From the NCBI GenBank assembly GCA_026985555.1, contig JALSQF010000010.1:161163-225162 (forward strand): a DNA stretch of 64,000 bases. The letters run 5' to 3'. The position numbers and the translations under genes were made by a program. Source of the DNA: Candidatus Moraniibacteriota bacterium. Lineage in GTDB: Bacteria; Patescibacteriota; Minisyncoccia; Moranbacterales; UBA9337. The notes below the pieces were generated by a model. That model had not been told where the DNA came from, did not search any database, and saw only the letters and a program-made list of their open reading frames with translations. Positions 17,028 to 25,738 of this stretch are shown piece by piece (position 1 is the first letter of the stretch; the number at the start of each line of letters is the position of its first letter).

Positions 17028-18668
17028 ATGTCAAATAAATTTTTAAATTTTTTTTATTTAATCATTCTATTTTTTATTCTTTTAACAGGTTTTTTAGTTC
17101 GTTTTTATCAAATTGAAAAAGTTCCTAGTGGAATTTATCCAGATGAAGCTGTTAATGGTATAGATGCTTTAAAAGCTAATTTAAATAGAAATTACAAAAC
17201 TTTTTACACTGATAATAATGGAAGAGAAGGATTGTTTATAAATTTAATTGCTCTTTCTTTCCGTTTGTGGAATATCTCTGTTTTAGGACTTAAGTTTCCT
17301 TCCATAATATTAGGAACTTTACTAATCTTAGGAACATTTCTATTAACCTACGAAATTTTTAGAAAAAATTGGTATCTAGGATTATTAACTTCTTATTTTA
17401 TAGCCTTTTCTTTTACTGCCATTAATTTTTCTCGGATTGCTTTTAGAGCTATTTTACTTCCGGTTGTTTTAGTTTTTTCTTTTTATTTTTTATTTTTAGG
17501 ATGGCATTATTTACATAAACATTTCTCCAAAAACAATAAATCTAAGAAATTTACTGCTCATTTAATATTTTTTACAAGTGGATTAATTTTTGGCATAGGT
17601 TTACATTCTTATATAGCTTTTCGTATTGCACCTGCTATTTTGATAGTTTTCTTAATTTTTCTTTTTATTACTGAAAAACATTTTTGGAAAAAATATTGGT
17701 TCTATTTAATTACTTTTATTATAGGATCTTTTATTAGTGCTTCTCCCCTATTAATTACTTTTTATCATCATCCAGAATATTTAGAATCACGCTCTGCCTC
17801 AGTTTCTGTTTTTTCACCAGAACTTAACCATGGACATCTCTGGAAAACTTTAGAACGCAGTTTCTTTTTAAGTATTTTTAAATATTCTTTTTGGGGAGAT
17901 CAAAATTGGAGACATAATTATCCTCCTTTTCCTATTCTTAATCCCTTTTTGGGAATATTTTTCTTAATAGGATTTTTTTATACTTTTTTTAAATTTTTTC
18001 ATTTATTCTACCTTCGTTTTCAAAAAAAAATTCGTGATGAAAAATTATATCTATACGCTTTTTTGCAAGCCTGGTTTTTCTTTATGCTAATGCCAGAATT
18101 TCTCACCGCTGAAGGAAATCCTCATGCTTTACGCGCTATCGGAGCTCTACCAGTAGTTTACATTTTTAGTGCTATTCCTTTTATTTATATTTTTAATAAA
18201 GCTAAGAATTTTCAATTTGTTTTTCGTCAAATAATTTATTCAATTATTGGTATTATTTTAATTAGTATTAGCATAAGCAACATTATCAAATATCATTATT
18301 TTTATGCTAATAATCCCCATCAACAACACGCCTTTGAAACAAATTTAATTGAGATTGCTAATTATGTAAAAACTATCCCCTCTGATCAATCTATAATTTT
18401 TATTTCAGGAAATATGCAAAGAATTCCCATTAAACTTTTTAACTACCAAAGAAATATTATTTATATCCATCCAAATGATTTTCAAGAGAAAATTGAAACA
18501 CCACAATTATTGAAAAAATTAAAAAATGAAAAAATAAATATTATTTTTACCGACAAAGGTAATCGGGAAGAAAAAATTATTCAAAAAATTAAAAGTATTA
18601 ATCCTAATTTGCAATTAATAGAATTTTCCGATGGTTATCAAAATCATTTTTATATTTTAAAGTTTTAA
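17028..18668 (+). CDS. GT-C fold glycosyltransferase, PMT/ArnT-like (GT39/GT83 family), polytopic membrane protein
   Basis: 546 aa, ~12 predicted TM helices. First loop carries the YPDEAVNG (DE) motif typical of dolichyl/undecaprenyl-phosphate-sugar dependent transferases. Confidence 0.65.
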   Translation: MSNKFLNFFYLIILFFILLTGFLVRFYQIEKVPSGIYPDEAVNGIDALKANLNRNYKTFYTDNNGREGLFINLIALSFRLWNISVLGLKFPSIILGTLLILGTFLLTYEIFRKNWYLGLLTSYFIAFSFTAINFSRIAFRAILLPVVLVFSFYFLFLGWHYLHKHFSKNNKSKKFTAHLIFFTSGLIFGIGLHSYIAFRIAPAILIVFLIFLFITEKHFWKKYWFYLITFIIGSFISASPLLITFYHHPEYLESRSASVSVFSPELNHGHLWKTLERSFFLSIFKYSFWGDQNWRHNYPPFPILNPFLGIFFLIGFFYTFFKFFHLFYLRFQKKIRDEKLYLYAFLQAWFFFMLMPEFLTAEGNPHALRAIGALPVVYIFSAIPFIYIFNKAKNFQFVFRQIIYSIIGIILISISISNIIKYHYFYANNPHQQHAFETNLIEIANYVKTIPSDQSIIFISGNMQRIPIKLFNYQRNIIYIHPNDFQEKIETPQLLKKLKNEKINIIFTDKGNREEKIIQKIKSINPNLQLIEFSDGYQNHFYILKF

Positions 18669-18744
18669 CTAGAAAATTTTAATATCTTTGAATTATATCA
18701 ATATTTATATTATAATGATTTATCAACTATATTAATTAAACTTT

Positions 18745-20448
18745 ATGAAACCAACTCTTTATAGAAAATATCGCCCTCAAAAATTTTCTGATGTTTTAGG
18801 GCAAAAAGCTATTATTCAAACACTTCAAGGAGCCCTTCGGTATAAAAAATTAGCTCATGCTTATCTCTTTACAGGACCACGTGGAACAGGAAAAACTACC
18901 GTAGCTAGATTATTAGCTAAAACAACTAATTGCTTAAAAAGAAAAGATAATGAGGTAGAACCATGTTTAAAATGCTCCTCTTGTTTAGATATTCAAGAAG
19001 GACAATCTTTAGATATTATAGAAATTGACGCTGCTTCTCATACAAGTGTAGATAATATTCGGGAACTTAAAGAAACAATTTATCTTCCTCCCTCTTTAGG
19101 AAAATATAAAATTTATATAATTGATGAAGTTCATATGCTTTCTCAGGGAGCCTTTAATGCTTTATTAAAAACATTAGAAGAACCTCCTTCTCATGTTATT
19201 TTTATTTTAGCTACAACGGAACTACACAAAGTTCCCAAAACAATTATCTCTCGTTGCCAGCTTTTTGAATTCCGCCCTTTGTCTATAGAAGATATAACTA
19301 AAAAATTAAGATCTATAGCTAAACAAGAGAAAATAAATATAAATCAAGAAGCATTAGAATTAATTGCGCTCTCTGCGGAAGGAGGAATGCGTGATGCAGA
19401 ATCAATTTTGTCTCAAATTTTAGCTACTAACAAAAAAGAAGTTTCCTTGCAAGACGTAACACAATTGTTAGGAACTGTTCGCCAACAAATTGTAGATAAG
19501 ATGGCTAAAAAGATCGTAGAAAAAAATATAAAAGATTCACTTCAAATTATCACTCAAATAACCAAAGAAGGGATAGATTTGGAAATATTTATTAAATCAT
19601 TAATAAATTTTTTACGTTACATAATGTTAGCTCATTTTGATAAAAATATTTTAGATACAAAGTTTAATTTTTCTCCAGAAAAAAAAGAAACTATAATAAA
19701 ACTTGCTACACAAACAGATGTTCAATTTGTAAGAAAAATAATTGAAAATTTAAATGAAGCTCGGCTTAAAATAAAATCATCTTTCCTTCCTCAATTACCC
19801 TTAGAATTGGCTATTATTAAAAATATTGAAATTAAAAAAAATGATTCTCGCCCAAATTATAATCAAAAGCAACAAAAAGAAAAACAAGTGTTAAAATCAA
19901 CCACTTTATCTCTAAAAAAAAATAAAAATAAGTCATCAATAAGTATATCAACAATTAAACACAAAGAAAAGAAACCTAAAAAGCAAAATAAAAAACAACA
20001 AAGATTAAACAAAAAACTAGCTATTAATCTTTCTCAAATAAAAAACAAATGGCCAGAAGTATTAAGCAATTCTCAACCACTTAACAACTCCCTTCCGATG
20101 CTTTTATCTACCTGTCAAATACATAAATTAGAAAATGATATTTTGTTTTTAGCTACTCGTTTTGATTTACATAAAGATAAATTAAATTCTAAAGAATATC
20201 AATTGACACTAGAAAAAATTTTTGTTAAAATTTTTTCTGTTCCTTTAAAATATAAGGTGCTCACTTTTCAAGAAGCTAATATTGTTATAGAAAATGAAAA
20301 TGTTAAAAATAGTTCTTATGAAAAAAAACAAGTTCCTATTTTTTCAAAATCAACAAAAGAAAAGAAAAAAAATGATTATAATAATTCCGATGATGAGAAG
20401 ATTCTCAATGATGTTTTAGATGTTTTAGGAGGAGAAGTAGTAAACTAA
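18745..20448 (+). CDS. dnaX: DNA polymerase III subunit gamma/tau
   Basis: 567 aa: YRPQKFSDVLGQ, AYLFTGPRGTGKTT (Walker A), IIDEVHMLS (Walker B), the zinc module CxxCxxC and SRC motif (ISRCQLFEF). Confidence 0.9.
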   Translation: MKPTLYRKYRPQKFSDVLGQKAIIQTLQGALRYKKLAHAYLFTGPRGTGKTTVARLLAKTTNCLKRKDNEVEPCLKCSSCLDIQEGQSLDIIEIDAASHTSVDNIRELKETIYLPPSLGKYKIYIIDEVHMLSQGAFNALLKTLEEPPSHVIFILATTELHKVPKTIISRCQLFEFRPLSIEDITKKLRSIAKQEKININQEALELIALSAEGGMRDAESILSQILATNKKEVSLQDVTQLLGTVRQQIVDKMAKKIVEKNIKDSLQIITQITKEGIDLEIFIKSLINFLRYIMLAHFDKNILDTKFNFSPEKKETIIKLATQTDVQFVRKIIENLNEARLKIKSSFLPQLPLELAIIKNIEIKKNDSRPNYNQKQQKEKQVLKSTTLSLKKNKNKSSISISTIKHKEKKPKKQNKKQQRLNKKLAINLSQIKNKWPEVLSNSQPLNNSLPMLLSTCQIHKLENDILFLATRFDLHKDKLNSKEYQLTLEKIFVKIFSVPLKYKVLTFQEANIVIENENVKNSSYEKKQVPIFSKSTKEKKKNDYNNSDDEKILNDVLDVLGGEVVN

Positions 20449-20503
20449 ATTAATTTTCAATTTTATTCATAAATAATAAATCAAAGATAAAATTCATATT
20501 TAT

Positions 20504-20575
20504 TGCCCGGTGGCCAAGTGGTAAGGCACTAGGTTTTGGTCCTAGCATTCGGGGGTTCGAATCCCTCCCGGGCAA
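20504..20575 (+). tRNA. tRNA-Gln (anticodon UUG)
   Basis: Cloverleaf by hand: acceptor UGCCCGG/CCGGGCA, D-arm GCCAAGUGGUAAGGC (Gln-like), anticodon loop UUUUGGU, T-arm GGGGGUUCGAAUCCCUC, discriminator A; CCA not encoded. Confidence 0.85.
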
Positions 20576-20762
20576 CTGTCGTATCACAAAAAATTACTTT
20601 TTATTTTTAAACCAGCTATAAATTTAATCTTTTAATCTTTAATAATCTTTTTAATCAAAAAGTGAAAAAAAATAATATTTTTTCATTTATTTTAAAAAAC
20701 ATTTTTTTGAATAAATCAAATAAAACATATTAACTATCAATACGCTAAAATTAAGATGGTTT

Positions 20763-21176
20763 TTATTTCATTTTTAAAAATTTATTGTTATTATTTAATG
20801 CTTTAGCTAACTTAAAAATTTTATCACGCTTTTGAGCTTCTTTACCTAAACATAAAGGACATAATGCTTTTAAATCCTCTACAGTTCCGTTCCAGTCTGC
20901 TTTTCTAAAAGGATGAATTGCAATTTTACTACCACCAGTTTTTAATTCTAGTCCGCAATTTTCACATTTTTTTTCATTTCCTTTTATTTTCCAAAATTTT
21001 TTCTTAACTACCTTTGATAATTTTGGCCTTCTTTGATTTGCTTCCGTTTTAGAAACTTTCAAAATCGTTTTTTGACATTCAATGCAAATATTTTTTTCAC
21101 TGGATTTTCCGCAAACTTCACATTTATTTTTATTATTTTCTTTTTCCACATTTATTCTTTCAGGTTCAGAAAACAT
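20763..21176 (-). CDS. HNH-family endonuclease-like protein (137 aa), Cys-rich
   Basis: Two CxxC pairs at the N-terminus (CEVCG...CIEC), then CENCG...IHPFRKADWNGT...LKALCPLC: a C..C-H-N-C..C arrangement typical of HNH/His-Me finger nucleases. Confidence 0.6.
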   Translation of the reverse strand: MFSEPERINVEKENNKNKCEVCGKSSEKNICIECQKTILKVSKTEANQRRPKLSKVVKKKFWKIKGNEKKCENCGLELKTGGSKIAIHPFRKADWNGTVEDLKALCPLCLGKEAQKRDKIFKLAKALNNNNKFLKMK

Positions 21177-21196
21177 TTATTTTAATTTAAATTAAA

Positions 21197-21610
21197 TTAA
21201 TTATGCATATCTAAATGACATTTCTTGCAAACAACTAAAGCATTCTTTTTATCATCATCTCCTCCATACATTTTCGGAATAATATGATGTAATTCTATGG
21301 GGTTCTGATGTCTAGAACCAGAAGCCATTTCTCCTTGGCCACAAGCTAAGCATCCACCTGTTTTTTTGATTAATTTCTTTTTTAATTTTTTCGGAAATTT
21401 TATTGATTTTAAATCTTCAATTTTACGTTTTTCACCTATTTGGTTTAAAATTTCTATAATTTCTCTAGCTTTTTGAATAACCGTTTCTTTTCTATTTTCC
21501 TCAAAAACATATTCTTTTTTCTGTAAGGTTGTCAAAAATTCTATATTATTATTTAGCTTTTTCTCTAGTTTTTCATTAGAATCATTTTTAAATACTTCTC
21601 TTTCATTCAT
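21197..21610 (-). CDS. HNH endonuclease (137 aa)
   Basis: CLACG...IELHHIIPKMYGGDDDKKNALVVCKKCHLDMHN is a textbook HNH motif (C-x2-C ... HH ... N ... C-x2-C-H). Confidence 0.75.
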   Translation of the reverse strand: MNEREVFKNDSNEKLEKKLNNNIEFLTTLQKKEYVFEENRKETVIQKAREIIEILNQIGEKRKIEDLKSIKFPKKLKKKLIKKTGGCLACGQGEMASGSRHQNPIELHHIIPKMYGGDDDKKNALVVCKKCHLDMHN

Positions 21611-21916
21611 ATTAAATTAAATATTTTTCTTTACTTTAAAGATAATTAAATAACATTTTGTAATTATAATATAACATAATAACACTTTTTAAAATATCTT
21701 TAAATTTAAAAGTGAAAAAATAGCAAAAAATTAAATTCTATAAGTTTGAAAAAATAAAATAGATTAAATATTATTTTTTAAGAAATAAATTAAAGGAATC
21801 ACTCAATGTTTAATTACTATAAACAATTTAGATCAAAATTTCATAAAAGTTATTTAATTATAACTAACTAATCCGAAGCAAATAAACAAAAGAAAATGAA
21901 AAATTACAAGACAACA

Positions 21917-22477
21917 TTATTTTAAACTTCTTTTTATCCAATCTATTGCTTTCTTAACATAATATTCCTTATCATTCTCTAGCGGCTTTATAATTGCTTC
22001 AATTTCTTTTTTCCAATGTTTCTCTTTTTTAAAATTAATCAACAAAACGATTCCAAATCTTCTTTCCCATAAATTTTTTGATTTTACTAATTTTTTAGAT
22101 AACTCAAAAATTTCTTTTTGTTTTATTTTTGTTATTGGCCTAATTCCTTGAGTTGCTAATGTATCACATACAGCCCAATCTACGATATCTTTTACAAATT
22201 TCTTTACAAGTTTCAAAGTTACTTCTGGATCTTTCCTGCAAATTTTACCTAAGATTTTTACAGCTAAAATCCTTTCTTCTAAATAACCGCTTTTTCATAA
22301 TTCTTTAACCAACTCAAATTCACCAAAAGTATATTTAGAAACAACTTTATTAATTTCCGCTAAATACACACCATAAACTTTTTCTGAAGTAGGAACAAAC
22401 TTTCTCCAACTTTCTTTAGCTTTTTCATTTGAATTTTTTCTTAAAAAATTTCTAATTTCAGTTAATTGATTCATTAT
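21917..22477 (-). pseudogene. DNA alkylation repair enzyme (AlkD/AlkC-like HEAT-repeat protein) interrupted by an in-frame TGA
   Basis: Reading from ATG at 22477: MNQLTEIRNFLRKNSNEKAKESWRKFVPTSEKVYGVYLAEINKVVSKYTFGEFELVKEL-TGA-KSGYLEERILAVKILGKICRKDPEVTLKLVKKFVKD... continuing into the tracked ORF 21917-22216, which starts at TTG. The C-terminus (YVKKAIDWIKRSLK) resembles AlkD family ends. A single TGA splits one frame. Confidence 0.5.
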
Positions 22478-22539
22478 GTAATTTAAAATTTAGAAAAAAT
22501 TTACATTTAATAAATTTACATACCACCAAACAATCATAC

Positions 22540-22917
22540 TTAACTTTTCATTATACAAACTCCACTTAAAGTTTTTATATTGTGATTTTTGCAAAAATTC
22601 AAAGCTTCGTTACTTTCGGATCCAGGTTGAAACCAAATTTTTTTTATTCCCAAATTATAACATTCTTTAGTTATCTCTAGAGCTACTTGAGGCGGAACAA
22701 CCACAGAAACAACGTCTGGTTTTTCTGGTAAAGAAATTAGGTCTTTATAACGTAAATATCCATTAACTAATCCTTCTTGTGGATGAACAGGATAAACCTT
22801 ATAACCTTTTTTAAGTAAATCAAAAAAAACTTTATAACCATATTTGTCTTTGTTTTTGCTTACTCCCACCACTGCAAAAATATTGCTTTTATTTAAAAAA
22901 TTTTTTTCAATATCCAT
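22540..22917 (-). CDS. CoA-binding domain protein (YccU-like)
   Basis: 125 aa: IFAVVGVSKNKDKYGYKV...PVHPQ...LPEKPDVVSVVVPPQVALEI matches the small CoA_binding_2 family. Confidence 0.7.
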   Translation of the reverse strand: MDIEKNFLNKSNIFAVVGVSKNKDKYGYKVFFDLLKKGYKVYPVHPQEGLVNGYLRYKDLISLPEKPDVVSVVVPPQVALEITKECYNLGIKKIWFQPGSESNEALNFCKNHNIKTLSGVCIMKS

Positions 22918-22956
22918 TATATTAATTTTATAATTATTTTTTTATATTTCAAATAC

Positions 22957-22985
22957 AGAAAACAGAGTGAAACACTCTGTTTTTT
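22957..22985. terminator. Hairpin acagagtgaaacactctgt with flanking T-rich sequence, downstream of the Gly/Arg-rich gene
   Basis: Perfect 8-bp stem with a 3-nt loop; T-rich on both sides. Confidence 0.4.
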
Positions 22986-22992
22986 GTTACAA

Positions 22993-23184
22993 TTAATCCT
23001 CTTTTTGAGAATTGTCATTAAGATTTCTACCTAAACCTAATCCTCTTCCTAATCCTCGTCCCTGTCCTCTACCTCTTCCTAATCCTCGTCCCTGTCCCTG
23101 TCCTCTGCCTCCACCGCAACTTCCCATTCCTCTTCCTGTTCTTGGTCCTTCTCCACGAGGACCGGTTCCATCAAAATTTGGCAT
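22993..23184 (-). CDS. Small Gly/Arg-rich protein, DUF5320-like (63 aa)
   Basis: MPNFDGTGPRGEGPRTGRGMGSCGGGRGQGQGRGLGRGRG...: the N-terminal MP..DGTGP.G.GP.TGRG.G.C.G pattern is characteristic of the DUF5320 family as I recall it. The gene is locally GC-rich; the antisense ORF 23012-23203 is an artefact. Confidence 0.5.
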   Translation of the reverse strand: MPNFDGTGPRGEGPRTGRGMGSCGGGRGQGQGRGLGRGRGQGRGLGRGLGLGRNLNDNSQKED

Positions 23185-23459
23185 ATATTTGAAAATTTTT
23201 TAAATTATATAAAAATATAATTTAGAAAATATTAATTAATGTTTAAGATTTAATAATTATAAACTATTTTTCCAATTTTGTAAAGATACATAAGTTATAA
23301 TTGTGTATAAAAATAACACTATCTATAAACAAAAAAATAATTTTTGAAAATCAAATTTTTAAAATTAATTTTGACAATATAAATTTAAATTTTTAAATTT
23401 AAAAGATTAATTCTAGACTATCTAAAAAAAGACTGTTAAAATAAAGTTAATAAAAAAAT

Positions 23460-23906
23460 ATGCCTATTTTAGCTATCAACAAAAGAGCTTCTTTTGACTA
23501 TAAAATATTAGAAAAATATGAAGCTGGTTTGGTATTAACTGGACCAGAAGTTAAATCTATTAAAACTGGTCATATTAGTTTAAAAGAAAGTTTTGTAACC
23601 TTAAAAAAAAATGAACTATATTTAACCAATGCTTATATCGCTCCTTATAAATTTTCTGGTAAAATTAATAATTATGAACCAACTCAACCTCGTAAATTAC
23701 TTTTAAAAAAAAATGAAATAAAAACTTTGATTGGAAAAGTCAAAACTAAAGGCTTGACATTAGTTCCTCTTCGTGTTTATACTAAGAAAAGGCTAATTAA
23801 ATTGGAGTTTGCTGTTGCTCAAGGAAAAAAGGAATATGATAAACGTGAAAACATTAAAAAGAAAGAATCTCAACGAAAGAAAAATAGAATTCTAAAAAGA
23901 TATTAG
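23460..23906 (+). CDS. smpB: SsrA-binding protein SmpB
   Basis: 148 aa: ILAINKRASFDYKILEKYEAGLVLTGPEVKS...LVPLRVY are SmpB signatures; tmRNA follows immediately. Confidence 0.9.
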   Translation: MPILAINKRASFDYKILEKYEAGLVLTGPEVKSIKTGHISLKESFVTLKKNELYLTNAYIAPYKFSGKINNYEPTQPRKLLLKKNEIKTLIGKVKTKGLTLVPLRVYTKKRLIKLEFAVAQGKKEYDKRENIKKKESQRKKNRILKRY

Positions 23907-23921
23907 CCTAGATGAAACAAA

Positions 23922-24326
23922 GGGGCTGTATAGCTTCGACAGGTTGTTTTTTAAAAATTAGCAAGCCGACAAATAGCTTTTTAAGTCGTTAAATTCAAAA
24001 AGCAAGATAAAATAAGTGCAAACTTTTTATCAAAAGCAAAAGCAACTATAGCTCGTGCTTTTAGTCCTGCTTTTGCTACTGCTAACGCCTAAATTGCGAT
24101 AGCCATCGTAACTACAGATAATCTAGTAAGTAGTTAACGGTGTCAACTCACTAGATTAGCTAATAATTTTTTGTTTCTTGAATTATTAGTGAAAGCTTAA
24201 AGAAACTAGCTTTAAAAAATTTTGTTAATTTTTTAATTTTTAAAGCGAAAAGTTAAAATTAACTAAGCTTGTAGAAAATTTTTAAAATTCAATTCTGGAC
24301 GTGGGTGCAATTCCCACCAGCTCCAC
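23922..24326 (+). ncRNA. ssrA: tmRNA (ssrA)
   Basis: 5' end GGGGCUGUAUAGCUUCGACAGG matches the tmRNA consensus (GGGGnUG...GnUUCGACnGG). 3' end GGACGUGGGUGCAAUUCCCACCAGCUCCACA is a T-arm plus acceptor; CCA is not fully encoded. Internal tag ORF 24036-24092: gca aaa gca act ata gct cgt gct ttt agt cct gct ttt gct act gct aac gcc TAA gives AKATIARAFSPAFATANA*. Immediately downstream of smpB. Confidence 0.85.
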
Positions 24327-24365
24327 ACTATTATTTATTCTAAAATTTTTATATTTCTAAAATAT

Positions 24366-24902
24366 ATGAGAAGAAGATATAGACCTAAACCAAAGAAAAA
24401 AGTAGTTATCCGCTATAAAGTTAATGAACAAATTAAGGCCCCACGTGTTTTAGTTGTTGCTGATAAAGAAAAAATTGGGGAAATGAATACTACTGAAGCA
24501 ATCGCATTAGCTCAAGAAAAAGGTTTAGATTTAGTGGAAGTTTCACCTCGTTCCAATCCACCTGTTTGTAAAATTATTGATTATGGAAAATTTCAATACT
24601 TACAAACAAAACAACAAAATCGTAACTCTAAACAAAAAAAGATAGAAACAAAGGGAATACGTCTCGGATTAAGAACAGGGGAGCATGATTTTAATTTTAA
24701 ATTAAAACAAGCAGAAAAATTTTTACTTAAGGGACACAAGGTAAAAATAGAATTACGTTTAAAAGGAAGAGAACGCGCTCATCAAGACCTAGCCAAAGAA
24801 AACTTAAAACAATTCATTGACAAAATTGAAATTCCTACTAAAGTAGAAGAGGAAATAAAAAAATTTCCAGGAGGTTTTAATATTATAATTTCAGCTAATT
24901 AA
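24366..24902 (+). CDS. infC: Translation initiation factor IF-3
   Basis: 178 aa: INEQIKAPRVLVV...LDLVEVSP...PVCKIIDYGKFQY...KGHKVKIELRLKGRE are IF3 N- and C-domain blocks; the true start may be a non-ATG codon downstream of the tracked ATG. Confidence 0.9.
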   Translation: MRRRYRPKPKKKVVIRYKVNEQIKAPRVLVVADKEKIGEMNTTEAIALAQEKGLDLVEVSPRSNPPVCKIIDYGKFQYLQTKQQNRNSKQKKIETKGIRLGLRTGEHDFNFKLKQAEKFLLKGHKVKIELRLKGRERAHQDLAKENLKQFIDKIEIPTKVEEEIKKFPGGFNIIISAN

Positions 24903-24929
24903 ATTATATTTTTTTATTATTTCAATTAT

Positions 24930-25121
24930 ATGCCTAAACAAAAAACTAAGAAAGCTTTAATTAAAAAAATTCGCGTTACCAAAAGCAAGAAAGTCTTACG
25001 TCGCTATACTAAGCAAAACCATTATAATAGTAAACAAACTGGCAATCTTAAACGTAAAAAAAGAAAAGATGTTAGACTTTTTAAGGGTGATGAAAAAAAT
25101 GTTTTGAAGGCCACTGCTTAA
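24930..25121 (+). CDS. rpmI: 50S ribosomal protein L35
   Basis: 63 aa, MPKQKTKKALIKKIRVTKSKKVLRR; infC-rpmI-rplT operon. Confidence 0.9.
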   Translation: MPKQKTKKALIKKIRVTKSKKVLRRYTKQNHYNSKQTGNLKRKKRKDVRLFKGDEKNVLKATA

Positions 25122-25163
25122 TTTATCCTAATTTAATTAAAATAAATCTATAAATTTAAATAT

Positions 25164-25511
25164 ATGTCTAGAGTTAAAAGAGGAACCATTGCTTCTAAAA
25201 GAAGAAAAAAAGTTATTAAAGCTGCTAAAGGATATAAATGGAGAAGAAAGTCCCATTATAGAGCAGCCAAAGAAGCACTTTTAAAAGCTGGTAAATATGC
25301 CTATAGAGATCGTCGTACCAAAAAAAGAGTAATGCGTCGTTTATGGATTAAGCGATTGAATAACGCAGTACGTCAATTTGATATACGCTACAGTGAACTA
25401 ATTAAGTTACAAAAGGAGAAAAAGAATGAAATTGATCGTAAAATTCTTTCTCAATTAGCCATAGAAAATCCTCAAATATTTGCTAAAATTATTGAGGAAT
25501 TAAAAAAATAA
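25164..25511 (+). CDS. rplT: 50S ribosomal protein L20
   Basis: 115 aa, MSRVKRGTIASKRRKKVIKAAKGY...AYRDRRTKKR is the L20 signature. Confidence 0.95.
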   Translation: MSRVKRGTIASKRRKKVIKAAKGYKWRRKSHYRAAKEALLKAGKYAYRDRRTKKRVMRRLWIKRLNNAVRQFDIRYSELIKLQKEKKNEIDRKILSQLAIENPQIFAKIIEELKK

Positions 25512-25738
25512 TTTTTGTCAACTTTTTTAAAACTAATCTACAAAGTATTAAAAAATTCTTTAATGCTTTGTATTGTTATTTCAAAAAAATATTTTTTCAA
25601 TTATATATTATGTCTAATCTAAAAAAGAATGAAATAAAAAAAATGATAAATTATTTTAGAATTAATTTATTAGAATCAATTTCCTCATATGATACTTAGA
25701 AATATGTTCAAAAAAGAAAACTTAAGAGTGGAAGAGGT

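Noticed and set aside
20580-22500. Searched for a direct repeat of the tRNA-Gln 3' end (att site) downstream of the HNH islet
   Set aside because: No copy of ggttcgaatccctcccgggca-like sequence seen by eye in this window. An integration boundary cannot be claimed.
23012-23203. Plus-strand ORF (63 aa, Pro-rich) opposite the Gly/Arg-rich gene
   Set aside because: Mirror image of the GC-rich GRG-repeat gene. The minus-strand product matches the DUF5320-like N-terminal motif, so that strand is the coding one.
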